Source: an uncultured Ruficoccus sp. (lineage in GTDB: Bacteria > Verrucomicrobiota > Verrucomicrobiia > Opitutales > Cerasicoccaceae). Taken from it: DNA of 64,000 nt. The stretch spans positions 576,001-640,000 of the forward strand of contig OZ223481.1 in assembly GCA_965140785.1 (NCBI GenBank), written 5' to 3'. This document shows positions 10,378 to 21,860 of the stretch, piece after piece (the first letter of the stretch is position 1; each line of letters starts with the position of its first letter). A program made the position numbers and the translations under genes. Under the pieces are notes generated by a model. That model worked only from the letters and a program-made list of their open reading frames with translations, did not search any database and was not told the DNA's origin.

Positions 10378-11061
10378 ATGTTCCCCATTAACAACCCGCG
10401 CACCAGATATGGCCTGAGCCGCAACGGGTTTTCCCTGATCGAGCTACTGGTAGCTATCACTGTGCTCGCTATCCTGGCCACGCTCATCGTCGGCGTCAGC
10501 CGGAGCGCCTATATGTCCTCTCAGAAGGCCGTCGCCATGAACGGCCTGCGGTCGATCGGAGGCGCTATTCAGTTGTATGCCCAGGATAACCAGGGCTATC
10601 TGCCCGGCCCGTTGTGGTCATCCGCCAACGCCTTTTATGGCCGAACCGATGAGCGGGCGCTGGGCTATCATCTGGCGCCTTACCTGGGCCTGCCCCAGAC
10701 CGACAGCGGCCCACAGGTCTTTCCACAGGCGAGTTGCCCGCTCTTCGAGGATGTGCGACCGGCCGATGGCACGCCCGCCTATTTTATCACGCAGAGCGTG
10801 ACGCTGCCCGAGGGCAACCGGAACCCCTGGGGCTATCGTTCTAAAAGCCAGAGCGAGGACGAGGGCAGTCGGCCTCAATTGCTTTCCCGCATTATCATGG
10901 AGAGCGATCCAGATACCTGGGCCATGCATGCCGCCGATGCCGGAAACATCACCAATCCTTCCGCCGGCTGGGCTTCGAAGATTTTGCCCGAGCCGCTCTT
11001 CGGCGATGTGAGACTTTATCTGTACTTCGACTGGCACGTGGAATTTGTACCCGTGGAGTAG
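10378..11061 (+). CDS. Prepilin-type N-terminal cleavage/methylation protein
   Basis: GFSLIELLVAITVLAILA; C-terminal YLYFDWHVE, a variant of the H-X9-DG tail. Confidence 0.85.
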   Translation: MFPINNPRTRYGLSRNGFSLIELLVAITVLAILATLIVGVSRSAYMSSQKAVAMNGLRSIGGAIQLYAQDNQGYLPGPLWSSANAFYGRTDERALGYHLAPYLGLPQTDSGPQVFPQASCPLFEDVRPADGTPAYFITQSVTLPEGNRNPWGYRSKSQSEDEGSRPQLLSRIIMESDPDTWAMHAADAGNITNPSAGWASKILPEPLFGDVRLYLYFDWHVEFVPVE

Positions 11062-11153
11062 AGGCGGCTTTCCCGGTGTGGGGTTCTTCTCCTCCTGCAA
11101 GTCTGGAGACGGGGATTCTATTTGCGTTTCTTTATTCCCAAATAATTTATGTC

Positions 11154-12867
11154 ATGACTCTTGAATACGTTACCCTCGGGGTGTACCTAATCCTCCTTCT
11201 GGTTGTCGGTTCATTGTTCTCGAAAATGAACAAGAACATCAGCGACTTCGCCCGGGGCGGGGCGCAGGGGACGTGGTGGATGGTCGGCACGAGCATGTTC
11301 ATGGGTGGGATCAGCGCGTTTACGTTTACCGGAAACGCCTCGGCGGCCTTCAGTGCGGGGCCGACCTTTCTGGTCATTACCTGGGCAACTGCGTGGGCCT
11401 GGCCCTCTGCATCATCCTCGGGCCGTGGTTCCGGCAGACGCGGGCGACGACCTGGGCGGACGTGATGCGGGAGCGCTTTCATGTCAGCGTGGAACAGTTC
11501 AGCGTGTGTTTCTCGCTTGTCATCCAACCCATCAGCGCGGCCACTCAGCTCTACGCCTTGTCTATTTTTATCTCCGCTATTCTGGGGCTTCCCACGCCGT
11601 GGGTCATCGTCGTGCTCGGGTTTATCGTGCTGTTTTACTCCACCACAGGCGGGCGCTGGGCGTGATGGCGACGGACTTTGTCCAGGGCTGGTGCTGTTTG
11701 CCCTGACCGTGTTGATGTTCGCTCTGGCCCTGCACAAGATCGGCGGCTTCGAAGCCTTTTTCTCCTACTTTCATGATCCGCGCTTCGCCGAGGATTTTAA
11801 GTTCGTAAAGGACCCCGGCCAGTTCGCCGACGACAAATTCACCTGGAAGTGGATTGTCATTGTATTCATTTTGCAACTACAGGGCTACATCAACCTGGGG
11901 ACAGCGGGCCGCTTTCTGTCGGTCAAGGACAGCCGCCACGCACGCTGGGCGGCGATGTGGGCCTGCTTGCTGATGGTTCTGGCTCGGTGGTGTGGTTCGT
12001 GCCGCCGATGGTGGCGCGCTTTCTGTACTCCGAGGAGGTGATGGGCCTGGCGCTGAAGGAGCCGGCTACGGCCAGCTATGCGGTCATCGCCCAGCAGCTC
12101 CTGCCCAACGGGCTGATGGACTGATGCTGGCCGCCATGCTGGCCGCGACCATGAGCAGCATGGATACCGGGCTAAACGGATCGACCGGCGTCATCGTCAA
12201 CAACATTATTCCCCGGCTGCGTGAGCGCCTGGGTAAGGCGCCCCTCAGTGACCGGACGAATATCCGCCTGTGTCGGCTCTCCACCGTCATGCTGGGCGTA
12301 TATATTATCCTGATCGGGCTGCTGCTTGCCTTTCAAAAAGAGCTGGCGCTCTTCGATGCCTACCTGATGATCAACGCCATTATCGGTCTGCCACTGAGCA
12401 TGCCGATTCTGTTGGCCTTCTGGATCAAACGCCTGCACTGGTCCGCTTACTTTATCATTATCGGCACGGCCCTGCTCCCCTCGGCTTACTTCGTCCTGCG
12501 CAGCGCGGTGTGGGGGGAAAACTGGCCCATCCAGGACCGGCTGATGTGGATTTATGCCTTTAGCCTGATCGGGGTCGTTCTGTCGCTGCCGCTGTGGCGA
12601 CGCGCCTCGGCCGCCTACAAGGAGCAGGTGAAAAACTTTTACGAAAAAATGCATCGGCCCGTGGATTTCATTCAGGAGATCGGCACCTCCCGCGACGCCG
12701 CCCAGTACCGAATTTTGGGATGGACGACTTTTATCCTCGGCAGCCTGATCCTGCTCTTTCTCTTCGTGCCGAATGAACTGGCCGCTCGCCTGCAAATCGC
12801 CGGTCTGGCCTGTGCGGTGCTTGGCATCGGTGGCGGGCTCATTTTCCTCGGCCGTCGGCACACCTGA
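11154..12867 (+). CDS. Sodium:solute symporter (five apparent frameshifts, probably sequencing errors)
   Basis: SSS motifs (DFARGG, SAFTFTG, TDFVQG, AATMSSMDTGLN) spread over successive frames; each break is a 1-nt loss in a short run. Confidence 0.85.
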
Positions 12868-12949
12868 TCGAGTTACGCAAACTGTGGCTGGAAGTTCTCT
12901 CCTTTGGAGAAGTATTGTCGGACGAGTACGTTGACGTTCTCGACTCCGC

Positions 12950-13125
12950 CTTTTTCCATGAGTGGTAGGGCTGGCGAAAGTAGCCGGCTGCGCCGAGTGC
13001 TTCAATGAAAAGTTCCGGGCAGACTACCTCCATCGCTCTCTGGTCTTGCTCAGCCCGAGCGACTTTCGAAAACCTTAACCGAAGCAAGGCATCGGTACAG
13101 TTCGGGCTACGCCCTTAACTCCACC
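12950..13125 (+). mobile_element. Possible degenerate IS3-family 3' remnant
   Basis: Fragments translate as ECFNEKFRAD and HRSL..LSPSDF, resembling IS3 OrfB C-terminal motifs. Confidence 0.3.
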
Positions 13126-13170
13126 GGCGCCGCCGGGCTTGGCGGACCCGAGCCGCCTTTGTACGGGCGA

Positions 13171-15450
13171 TCAGCCAACGCGGTTGCGGCGTCTCCGCCC
13201 CAGGGCGAAGAGCAGAGCGCCTGCGCCAAGGAGGGCAGCAGTCGTACCCGGCTCGGGGACGGCGGAGACATCCAGTCCCAGCCACCAGTTCTCGCCCTGG
13301 TCCTGCTGCATGACGAACTCGCCCAGCAGCCCCTCGACCTCCGAGTTCAGAACAAAACTGGCCAGCTCATTCTCGGTCAGGTCGCGCATGGTTTTGATGA
13401 TGAGAATGACATCTCCGACCTCGACCGAACTGTCCATCGACACGACGGTAATGGTGCGCGAATCCACGTCGTTTTCGGTCATGATAAGCTGCTCGCTGAC
13501 AATCAACTGGTTGGGGTTGGCCGTGCTCAAGGCCAGTTCGATTGTCGTGCCCACTCCCAAGTCAAGCTTGTCGACAGTGAACTGACCGACACCATCCTCG
13601 CCCAGGCGGATACTGCCCTCGGGGTTGAGCCCCAGGGTGGTGGTAACTCCGGCGTCGCTGGTCAGGCTGCCGTTGGCAAACAGTTTTGTCGACGAGGCAA
13701 TGCCCTTGGTCGTCACCAGATCGCAATCGATATAGACCGAGCCGAGCTGAAAATAGGCTCCCGTGGTCAGCGTCTGGTTGCCGCCGATGAACTTGACGGT
13801 CCCGTTTTCCTGGATGTTGATATAGCCATTGGTCTCTGCGCTGCGGTTAAACTCGATGGAGGCTCCGCCGTAAACGACATACTCGGAACTCGTATCGGTG
13901 CCGGTGAACCGCAGCGTCCCCTCCTCGACCTCCGTCAAGCCCGAGTAGGTGTTCGACCCGGAAACGACCAGGGTGCCGGCTCCTGTCTTGACCAACCCGC
14001 CCCGGGCATCGCCGGTCGGGTCGCTCGTGTTGGCGTTCTCGGTGGTCGTCACGCCGGCCCCGCCGAGTCCGGAAACCGTCACCTCGCTGCTGGCAATTGC
14101 GAAGGTGACGTCCGATCCGAAAAAGATATTCTCGCCCACGCCCAGGCCGTTGCCGCCCGACTGGGTTTCATCCTGGCTGATTCCGCCCTGGCCACCGGTG
14201 GCTGAGTTGCCCGAAAAGGAGGCCCCTTCGACGATGAGCGTGGCACCGTTCTGGACATAGACCGCGCCGCCCGCGCCCATGCCGCCGCCCCCGTAGGAAA
14301 CACCGGACGCTCCCTCTTGTTGGGAGGCGTTGCCGGCGCCGAAGCCGCCAGCACCGGGGTCAAGTGAATAGTCGTCGCGATTATCCGAACCGCCACCGCC
14401 GCCGCCGAAGCCGCCCGCACCGCCAGTGGTACTGGAATCGGTCTCACCGCTCGCACTACCGCCGCCGCCGCCGTAGCCGCCCGCACCGCCACTGCCGCTG
14501 CCACCGCCGCCACCGCCACCGCCGAAGCCGCCCACACCGCCGTCATTACTAGAAAACTCGTTCCAAGCCCCATCCTGGCCTCCGCCCCCCCCGCCGCCGC
14601 CGGAGCTTCTCAAAACGGTCCAATCGCTGCCACCACCGCCGCCGCCGGAAGCTCCCCCCGATCCATCGTTACCGTCGGGACCGGCGCCGCCGCCGCCATC
14701 GGCTGCGGTGAGCGCTCCGTCCCCACCGTCCTCGCCGCCGTTGGCCGTGGAACTGCCGCCATCGGCATTGACGCCGAAGCCGCCGCCGCCGCCGGCGCCG
14801 GTCCCGTAAACACCCAGGCCTTCGTCATCGAGATAGCCCTCGCCGCCATTGCCGCCCATGCCGCCCCCACCACCGCCGGTGCCGGCATAGGCCCCCGCGG
14901 AGGCGCCGTTGCCGCCAATGGCCGTATTGTTGGTGAACGACACATTCGAGAGCGTAACCTGGGTCGGGTTGGTGATGTTGCTGCCGCTGATGCCCGCGCC
15001 ATTGAGGACCAGAATCGCACCGCCAGCGCCCATGCCCCCGCCGGCATAGTTAGCGCCGTTGCCGCCGCGGGCATAGCCGTTGGTGATGCCCAGGTCATTG
15101 AACGCCACCTCGCCCCCGGCGACGATAAAGGGTCGGTCCCTCAGGCTCGGGTTCGAGGGGGCCGCGTCGATACTGTGGCCGTTGCCGTTGATCACCAGGT
15201 TGACCCCCTCTTGCAGGCTGATCACGTTGGTCACACTGGCGGTCGTGCTGGCGGAAAGATCGCTCGTCAGGTTAATAATGTAGGTCGTGCCCGCCTCGGT
15301 GAGCGCGTTGGCCGTGTTGATGGACGCCTGAAGTTCCGCGTAGGAACTCACGTTCACGCTCTGGCCCTGCACCCGCAGGCCCGACCAAAGACAGATGGTG
15401 GCCAAAGCGGCCACGCGAAGATGAAGGCGATTGATGGTTCGAAGCTTCAT
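13171..15450 (-). CDS. Gly-rich PEP-CTERM surface protein with autotransporter-associated beta-strand repeat
   Basis: GGxGGxGGGGG tracts; LVKTGAGTLVVSGSNTYSGLTEVEEGTL repeat; VPEPGTT + TM + RRRR. Confidence 0.88.
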   Translation of the reverse strand: MKLRTINRLHLRVAALATICLWSGLRVQGQSVNVSSYAELQASINTANALTEAGTTYIINLTSDLSASTTASVTNVISLQEGVNLVINGNGHSIDAAPSNPSLRDRPFIVAGGEVAFNDLGITNGYARGGNGANYAGGGMGAGGAILVLNGAGISGSNITNPTQVTLSNVSFTNNTAIGGNGASAGAYAGTGGGGGGMGGNGGEGYLDDEGLGVYGTGAGGGGGFGVNADGGSSTANGGEDGGDGALTAADGGGGAGPDGNDGSGGASGGGGGGSDWTVLRSSGGGGGGGGQDGAWNEFSSNDGGVGGFGGGGGGGGSGSGGAGGYGGGGGSASGETDSSTTGGAGGFGGGGGGSDNRDDYSLDPGAGGFGAGNASQQEGASGVSYGGGGMGAGGAVYVQNGATLIVEGASFSGNSATGGQGGISQDETQSGGNGLGVGENIFFGSDVTFAIASSEVTVSGLGGAGVTTTENANTSDPTGDARGGLVKTGAGTLVVSGSNTYSGLTEVEEGTLRFTGTDTSSEYVVYGGASIEFNRSAETNGYINIQENGTVKFIGGNQTLTTGAYFQLGSVYIDCDLVTTKGIASSTKLFANGSLTSDAGVTTTLGLNPEGSIRLGEDGVGQFTVDKLDLGVGTTIELALSTANPNQLIVSEQLIMTENDVDSRTITVVSMDSSVEVGDVILIIKTMRDLTENELASFVLNSEVEGLLGEFVMQQDQGENWWLGLDVSAVPEPGTTAALLGAGALLFALGRRRRNRVG

Positions 15451-16099
15451 GTCAGTAGTCGATGGAAGACTGGGGATCAGAATCTAATGGTGTAGGGCGT
15501 CGCGCTGGCGACATTCGGCAGACCCTGTGTTCGTTCCCGTATCAACCAGCACCAGCCCCTTTCGGATTCGAAGGTTTTTGTGCCGGTTAATTAGACCTGT
15601 TAACAGCCGCGTAAATATTAGCATCCGGCATACCAATGCAATAAAAATATGCTTGTGCAATTCATTGTAGTACAATGGCATGTGGGTTGTGTATATTTAA
15701 ATTACGTATTAATTTTATGACCTAGTGTTATGTTATTATTGAAATATAAATAATTGTATATGAGTTCCTCTGGTGGCCGACTGGTTGCAGCGCCAGGACT
15801 GGTCGCGGTTACGGAAGTGAGTCCATTTGCGTCGCTAGTCTGATATTCGGGCAAGGCACCAGAAAATGGAAGGCGAGCGATACCCCCGAACACAAAGTGC
15901 GGATGCTGCGTCGAGCAGATGAGGCTGACGCTGTGAGCCTGTTGATAGCTTTGTCCGTGAGGAAGGGGGGGCGAGACTCCGACCCGTTTGTGTTGATGGA
16001 TGCGATGGCGCGGTGAAGGCATGGATCATCCATGCCTCCCGGTATGGCGCGATGGCTTTTAGGATCGCAAGAGTCTTGATTATTCCATTTTTCAACTCC

Positions 16100-18349
16100 A
16101 TGAGAAGTTGTGTCGCAGCCTTGATCGTCATTTGTTGGCTATTACCTGTACTTGTCAGGGCTGATGTGTCAGTCACAAGCGACCCGATAGATGAACAGGC
16201 GCCCACCCATCTGCGGGTGCTTGTTCTGTATTCGAACCAGCGGACGTTGCCGGCCAATCTGGATGTCCAGAAGGGACTCTGGTCCTCCCTGGAAGGCGAG
16301 ATCGCTTCGCGACAGATAGAACTCTTTGAGGAATATCTTGAGATCCATCGTCTGCCGGGCGACGACGAGGAGGCCACGATGGCAGCCTACCTGAAAAAGC
16401 GTTACCAGGTGATTAATCCCGATCTTGTGGTATCGGTAGGCCCCCAGGCCCTGGCGTTTTCGGATAAATGGCTGTCGGGCGCTTTTCCGCACGCGGTTCA
16501 GGTGTTCGCAGGGGTACGCGAAGACGAGTTGAAAGCTTTGCCAATGACCCGGCCAACGATTGGCATCCTGTACGCCGTTGCTGCTCGCCCGCTCCTTGAT
16601 CTTTTTGCGCGTCTACTGCCGGATACCCGGGAGGTTGTGTTGGTTGCGGGCAATGCCGCTTTTGACCGTGAGCTTCTCCGTGAGGTCAGACAACAAATTG
16701 ACGGTGCCTACGGCTGGAACATCACGGAGATTTCTGGCAGCACTCCAGAAACTATTGCGGAAGAGCTTTCACAGCTTAAGGCAGGGACAGTCGTACTTTT
16801 TACGTCCTACTTCAGGGATGCTGCCGGGACTATTTATATACCGAAAAATGTCCTCGCAAAGATCTCCCGGCAGTCGGCTGTTCCCGTGTTTGGCCTTTAC
16901 GATACCATGCTCGGTACAGGGGCTACCGGTATTGGTGCATCCCCATTTATCGATCAAGGGCGGGATTTGGCAGAAATCCTCAAGCGAATCGCCGCGGGTG
17001 AATCCCCCGACGAGATCGGGATTGTCCAGGCTCCGGCTCCCCGGTTTCTTTTTGATGCGCGGGCGATGCAGCGTTATGGGATCGACCCCGACCGGGTGCC
17101 GCCCGATGTGCAGGTCTTCTTCGAAACGCCCAGTCTCATCGAGTCGCACCCGGTTGCCTTTGCGCTCGGTGTCGCCACCATTCTTGTTCAGTCATTGTTG
17201 ATTATCGGTCTCCTGGTGACCCGCCATCGGAAAAAACGAGCCGAAAAGCAGGCTCTTGAGATGGGACGTTACTTCTCCACTGTTTTCCGCGAGAATCCGA
17301 ATCCCATGGCGGTTATCCGGGTTGCGGACGGGGTTTTTGAGGACATTAACCCGGCCTGGGAAGCGCTCTACGGGATTCGGCGGGAAGAGGCGATCGGGCG
17401 TAATCCATTAGAGGTCGGGATGCTTTCCGCAGAAAATGACGGAGGGCTCTACGAGGACTTCCTCAATGTGAACAAAAGTCTTTCCGGCTACGAACGACAG
17501 TTTCACACCGGTTCTGGTGAAATCCGGAATGTTACCCTCTACACAAATTCCATCGAGATCAATGGAAAGCAACTGCACATCATTACGACCGTCGATACCA
17601 GTGACAGAATCGAGACCGAACGGCTGCGGAACAATCTGGCCAGGGACAACCGAGTGGCGCAACTGGGGCAAATTTCCGCTTGGATCGCGCATGAGATCAA
17701 TCAGCCGCTCGGCTCCATTCTTAATAATGCGGAAGCCGCCCTCATGCACCTGGAATCGGCTACGGATCAGCGTGATGAACTCAGGGAAATTATTCAGGAC
17801 ATCAAAACGGAGGATCGTCGGGCCTCTCGGGTCGTGCAGCACATCCGTACCATGCTGGGGAACCACTCAGCGGCCAAGGAACCCGTCTCCCTCTCCGAGA
17901 TCTTTGAAGAGGTCTGCCATATGGCTTCTCCCGAAGCCGGTCGCCGGGGTGTCGAGCTACACACTTCGGTTGCCGGCGTCCCGGCGGGCTCCGTTCTCGG
18001 GGAACGTGTGCTTCTTGTCCAAGTCTTGCTGAATCTAATCTTCAACGCCATGGATGCCGTGGCCGGAGTCCCCCTTTCCCGGCGAATTATTACTCTCGGC
18101 TGCGAGCTCTCTTCCGATGGCTGGCAGGCAGACTTCAGCGTGTGCGATCAAGGTCCGGGAATAGCGCCGGACGAGGCTGACTCGATTTTCGAATTCTTCT
18201 ATTCCACGAAAGAGGACGGGATGGGCTTAGGGCTCGCCATTTCCAAATTTATTATTGAGGATCACCGGGGTAAACTAACCGTGGAAAATAATGACGACGA
18301 AGGAGCCTGCTTTCACGTGAGGCTGCCCCTGCAAAGAAACTCAGCATGA
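16100..18349 (+). CDS. Sensor histidine kinase (periplasmic binding-like domain, PAS, HisKA, HATPase)
   Basis: IAHEINQPL H-box, NLIFNAMDA N-box, DQGPGI, GMGLGL. Confidence 0.93.
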   Translation: MRSCVAALIVICWLLPVLVRADVSVTSDPIDEQAPTHLRVLVLYSNQRTLPANLDVQKGLWSSLEGEIASRQIELFEEYLEIHRLPGDDEEATMAAYLKKRYQVINPDLVVSVGPQALAFSDKWLSGAFPHAVQVFAGVREDELKALPMTRPTIGILYAVAARPLLDLFARLLPDTREVVLVAGNAAFDRELLREVRQQIDGAYGWNITEISGSTPETIAEELSQLKAGTVVLFTSYFRDAAGTIYIPKNVLAKISRQSAVPVFGLYDTMLGTGATGIGASPFIDQGRDLAEILKRIAAGESPDEIGIVQAPAPRFLFDARAMQRYGIDPDRVPPDVQVFFETPSLIESHPVAFALGVATILVQSLLIIGLLVTRHRKKRAEKQALEMGRYFSTVFRENPNPMAVIRVADGVFEDINPAWEALYGIRREEAIGRNPLEVGMLSAENDGGLYEDFLNVNKSLSGYERQFHTGSGEIRNVTLYTNSIEINGKQLHIITTVDTSDRIETERLRNNLARDNRVAQLGQISAWIAHEINQPLGSILNNAEAALMHLESATDQRDELREIIQDIKTEDRRASRVVQHIRTMLGNHSAAKEPVSLSEIFEEVCHMASPEAGRRGVELHTSVAGVPAGSVLGERVLLVQVLLNLIFNAMDAVAGVPLSRRIITLGCELSSDGWQADFSVCDQGPGIAPDEADSIFEFFYSTKEDGMGLGLAISKFIIEDHRGKLTVENNDDEGACFHVRLPLQRNSA

Positions 18350-18978
18350 CCGCGACGGCGACAGACTCTCCCCTAGGCCCTGTTTATCTGGTGGACGATG
18401 ATGAGTCTTTTCGTCGATCCATCTCCCGGCTCTTGAGCCTGTCCGGGTTCACGGTCCGGGATTTTGCATCGGTTGGGGAGTTTATGATGGGGTTCTCCCG
18501 GAGCTCCATTGGCTGTCTTTTGCTCGACTTGCGGATGCCCGGGCCCGACGGCATGGAGCTGCTGGAGCACCTTGGCCGGGAAGGGGAGGGGCCTCCCGTT
18601 GTTTTCCTGACCGGCCACGGGGATGTTACCACGGCTGTGAGCGCCATGCGGACGGGGGCCTTCGACTTTCTGACCAAGCCCGTCGAAAAACAACGATTGT
18701 TAGATGTCGTTCAAAGAGCGCTCGTGCAGAGTCAGAACAACCTTGCCGCGGCGGAGAAGCGCCGGGACCTCAGAGAGCGGTTTCAGACACTCACCCCGAC
18801 AGAAAAGGACGTCTATCGGTTGGTTGTCGAGGGGCTCCCCAATAAGGCGATAGCCGAGCGTATCGGTAATGCCGAACGAACGGTGAAACTCCACCGCTCA
18901 AATCTCTCGCGTAAGTTAGGCGCCCAATGTGTAGCCGATCTGGTCCGCTTTCATTATGAAGCGGATTTACGCGGATAA
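18346..18978 (+). CDS. FixJ/LuxR-family response regulator
   Basis: VDDD, LLDLRMPG, LTGHGD, FLTKP receiver motifs; LuxR HTH; overlaps the kinase stop. Confidence 0.93.
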   Translation: MTATATDSPLGPVYLVDDDESFRRSISRLLSLSGFTVRDFASVGEFMMGFSRSSIGCLLLDLRMPGPDGMELLEHLGREGEGPPVVFLTGHGDVTTAVSAMRTGAFDFLTKPVEKQRLLDVVQRALVQSQNNLAAAEKRRDLRERFQTLTPTEKDVYRLVVEGLPNKAIAERIGNAERTVKLHRSNLSRKLGAQCVADLVRFHYEADLRG

Positions 18979-19114
18979 AAACAGGGAGGAGTCTGCGGTT
19001 TTGCCCAAAGGTGCAAGTCTCGTTGCACCTTAGCTCTATTGCGGAAAGCAGTGCGTAGAGGCTATAATCGTAATCCTTTTCAAAACCACGACTAATAAAA
19101 CATTCCAATAATCC

Positions 19115-20794
19115 ATGAGGAAAAACCTTCTCTCTGCGCTAATATTTCTTAGTTGCCTCATCCTGAGTGGTTCTCTGGTTGCACAAACGTCAACCTCGAA
19201 ACCTAAAGACGACTCCAAACCTAAAGCTGACTCCAAGCCGAACATCCTTCTCATTGTGTCTGATGACACCGGGTATGGCGACTTGGAGCCCTACGGCGGC
19301 GGTGTTGGCCGCGGCATGCCCACCCCGAATCTCCAGCAGATGTCTGAGGATGGCATGACCTTCTTTTCTTTCTACGCGCAGCCCAGCTGCACGCCTGGCC
19401 GCGCCGCCATGCAAACCGGACGCATCCCCAACCGCAGTGGTATGACCACGGTGGCCTTTCAGGGGCAAGGGGGCGGGCTTCCGGCTGCCGAGTGGACCCT
19501 GGCATCCGTGCTCAAGCAGGGGGGCTACAAGACCTATTTCACGGGTAAGTGGCACTTGGGCGAATCCGATTACGCGCTGCCCAACGCCCAGGGCTACGAT
19601 GTGATGAAGTATTGCTTCCTCTACCACCTCAACGCCTACACCTATGCCGATCCGAACTGGTTCCCGGACATGCCCGATAACCTGCGTGAGATGTTCGCCA
19701 AGGTGACCAAGGGCGCGCTCAGCGGTAAGGCCGGAGAAAAGCCCAAGGAAGAGTGGAAGGTCAGCGGCGAGTACGTCAATACGCCGGAAAAGGGTGTCGT
19801 TGGCATTCCCTTCCTCGACTCATATGTCGAGTCAGCGGGCATTGAATTTCTGGAGGACGCTGCCAAGCATCCCGACCAGCCGTTCTTCATCAACATTAAC
19901 TTCATGAAGAATCACCAGCCGAACCTGCCGGCTCCTGAGTTTGAGCATAAGTCTATCTCCAAGAGCAAGTACGCTGACTCTGTGGTCGAACTCGACACCC
20001 GCATTGGCAATGTCATGGCCAAGCTGAAGGAACTCGGTCTGGACGAAAACACGCTTGTCTTCTACACCACCGACAACGGTGCGTGGCAGGACGTTTATCC
20101 CGACTCTGGCTATACGCCGTTCCGTGGCACTAAGGGCACGGTGCGTGAAGGCGGCAACCGCGTCCCTGCCATCGCCGTCTGGCCGGGTAAGATTGAAGCC
20201 GGTTCGCGCAACCACGACATCACGGGCGGTCTCGACCTGATGGCCACGTTCGCCTCAGTCGCTGACGTTGACCTGCCCAAAAATGACCGTGAGGGCAAGC
20301 CGATCATCTTCGACAGCTACGACCTCTCTCCGGTGCTTCTGGGCACGGGCGAGTGCCCACGGACCGAGTGGTTCTATTTCACCGAAGACGAGCTGACCCC
20401 GGGCGCTGCACGCGTCGCGCACTACAAGGCTGTCTTCAATCTGCGTGGGGATGACGGCGCCTCCACCGGTGGTCTCGCCGTGGATACCAATCTGGGCTGG
20501 AAGGGAGCCGATAAGTACGTGGCCACCGTGCCTCAGATCTTCGACCTCCTGCAGGACCCGCAAGAGCGATACGACCTGTTCATGAATAATTTCACCGAGC
20601 GTACCTGGACCCTCGTTACCTTTAACGAATCCATCAGCAAGCTGATGAAGACCTACGTCGATTACCCGCCGCGCAAGCTTCAAAGCGAAGTTTACACGGG
20701 ACCGCTCACCCTCACGGAGTACCAGCGCTTCGAGTGGATGCGTGACGCGCTGAAAAAAGACGGTGTAACAATTCCGTTACCAACGGGCAACTAG
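19115..20794 (+). CDS. Arylsulfatase (secreted, Cys-type)
   Basis: PNILLIVSDDTGYGD, SCTPGRAA, GKWHLG, TDNG. Confidence 0.93.
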   Translation: MRKNLLSALIFLSCLILSGSLVAQTSTSKPKDDSKPKADSKPNILLIVSDDTGYGDLEPYGGGVGRGMPTPNLQQMSEDGMTFFSFYAQPSCTPGRAAMQTGRIPNRSGMTTVAFQGQGGGLPAAEWTLASVLKQGGYKTYFTGKWHLGESDYALPNAQGYDVMKYCFLYHLNAYTYADPNWFPDMPDNLREMFAKVTKGALSGKAGEKPKEEWKVSGEYVNTPEKGVVGIPFLDSYVESAGIEFLEDAAKHPDQPFFININFMKNHQPNLPAPEFEHKSISKSKYADSVVELDTRIGNVMAKLKELGLDENTLVFYTTDNGAWQDVYPDSGYTPFRGTKGTVREGGNRVPAIAVWPGKIEAGSRNHDITGGLDLMATFASVADVDLPKNDREGKPIIFDSYDLSPVLLGTGECPRTEWFYFTEDELTPGAARVAHYKAVFNLRGDDGASTGGLAVDTNLGWKGADKYVATVPQIFDLLQDPQERYDLFMNNFTERTWTLVTFNESISKLMKTYVDYPPRKLQSEVYTGPLTLTEYQRFEWMRDALKKDGVTIPLPTGN

Positions 20795-20805
20795 CAGCAA
20801 ACGGT

Positions 20806-20841
20806 TGGTGGGCCGCAGTTTTGCGGTCCACCATTCTTTTT
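20806..20841 (+). terminator. Rho-independent terminator
   Basis: TGGTGGGCCGCA/TGCGGTCCACCA stem followed by TTCTTTTT. Confidence 0.65.
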
Positions 20842-20864
20842 ATTGAGGAATCCTGAGCAATCGA

Positions 20865-21860
20865 ATGACACACCTCCCGCTATCCAAATCTACTGGTCTG
20901 GTCGCCCTGATTCTCGCGACCCAGACACTGTTTGCTGACCCCCTCCCCTCATGGACGCCAGGCGGCGCCAAAGACGAAATCGTCGCCTATGTCGAAAACG
21001 TGACAGATCCTGATTCGCCCGACTATATCCCGCCTGCCGAGCGCATCGCGACCTTCGACAATGACGGCACACTCTGGTCCGAACAGCCGATGTATTTTCA
21101 GTTGTTCTACCTCTTTGACCGAGTGAAAGCCCTATCGCCGAAACATCCAGAGTGGCAAACCCAGGAGCCCTTCGCATCGGCGTTGAAAGGCGATTATGCC
21201 AAGGCGTTAGCCGGTGGTGACAAGGCCATTATGGAGCTTGCAGCCGCCACCCATTCCGGGATGACAGGCGAGGAGTTCGCAAACGAAGTCAGCACCTGGA
21301 TCAAGACTGCCAAGCACCCGCAGAAAAAAAAGCTCCTGAAAGATATGGTCTTCCAGCCTATGCTGGAGTTGCTGGCCTATTTGCGTGCAGAGGGGTTCAA
21401 AACCTACATCGTCTCCGGCGGAGGGGTGGACTTCATGCGTGTCTTCACCGAAGAGGTTTATGGCGTTCCGCCCGAGCAAGTCGTTGGCAGCGAACTCAAG
21501 GTGAGCTATGAATTACGGAACGGCATTCCGGTCATCGTCAAGCAGCCTGCTCTCGACTTCATCGACGATAAAGCCGGGAAGCCAGCGGGCATCTACCAGC
21601 ATATCGGGCGGCGTCCCGCTTTTGCGGCGGGGAATTCCGATGGCGATCAGCAAATGCTGGAATACACGACCCTTCCGCGGGGAAAAGATGACAAGACGGC
21701 GCGCTTCGGCCTGCTTATCCATCACGACGACGCCGAACGCGAATGGGCCTACGATCGTAACTCCCACTTCGGCAGGCTTAGCCGCGCACTCGACCTGGCC
21801 CCCCAAAGCGGTTGGTTGGTCGTCAGCATGAAAGACGACTGGTCTGTCATCTACCCCTGA
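20865..21860 (+). CDS. Secreted HAD-family hydrolase (acid phosphatase-like)
   Basis: FDNDGTLW, IVSGG, GNSDGD HAD motifs; signal peptide. Confidence 0.9.
   Translation: MTHLPLSKSTGLVALILATQTLFADPLPSWTPGGAKDEIVAYVENVTDPDSPDYIPPAERIATFDNDGTLWSEQPMYFQLFYLFDRVKALSPKHPEWQTQEPFASALKGDYAKALAGGDKAIMELAAATHSGMTGEEFANEVSTWIKTAKHPQKKKLLKDMVFQPMLELLAYLRAEGFKTYIVSGGGVDFMRVFTEEVYGVPPEQVVGSELKVSYELRNGIPVIVKQPALDFIDDKAGKPAGIYQHIGRRPAFAAGNSDGDQQMLEYTTLPRGKDDKTARFGLLIHHDDAEREWAYDRNSHFGRLSRALDLAPQSGWLVVSMKDDWSVIYP

Noticed and set aside
11154..12867. Symporter as a pseudogene or programmed-frameshift gene
   Set aside because: All five breaks (~11380, 11660, 11690, 11980, 12120) are repaired by adding one base to a short T or G run, and there are no nonsense substitutions. 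This is typical of long-read consensus error; short reads would settle it.
19195..19240. 18-bp tandem repeat in the arylsulfatase
   Set aside because: In-frame SKPKDD/SKPKAD linker duplication after the signal peptide; trivial
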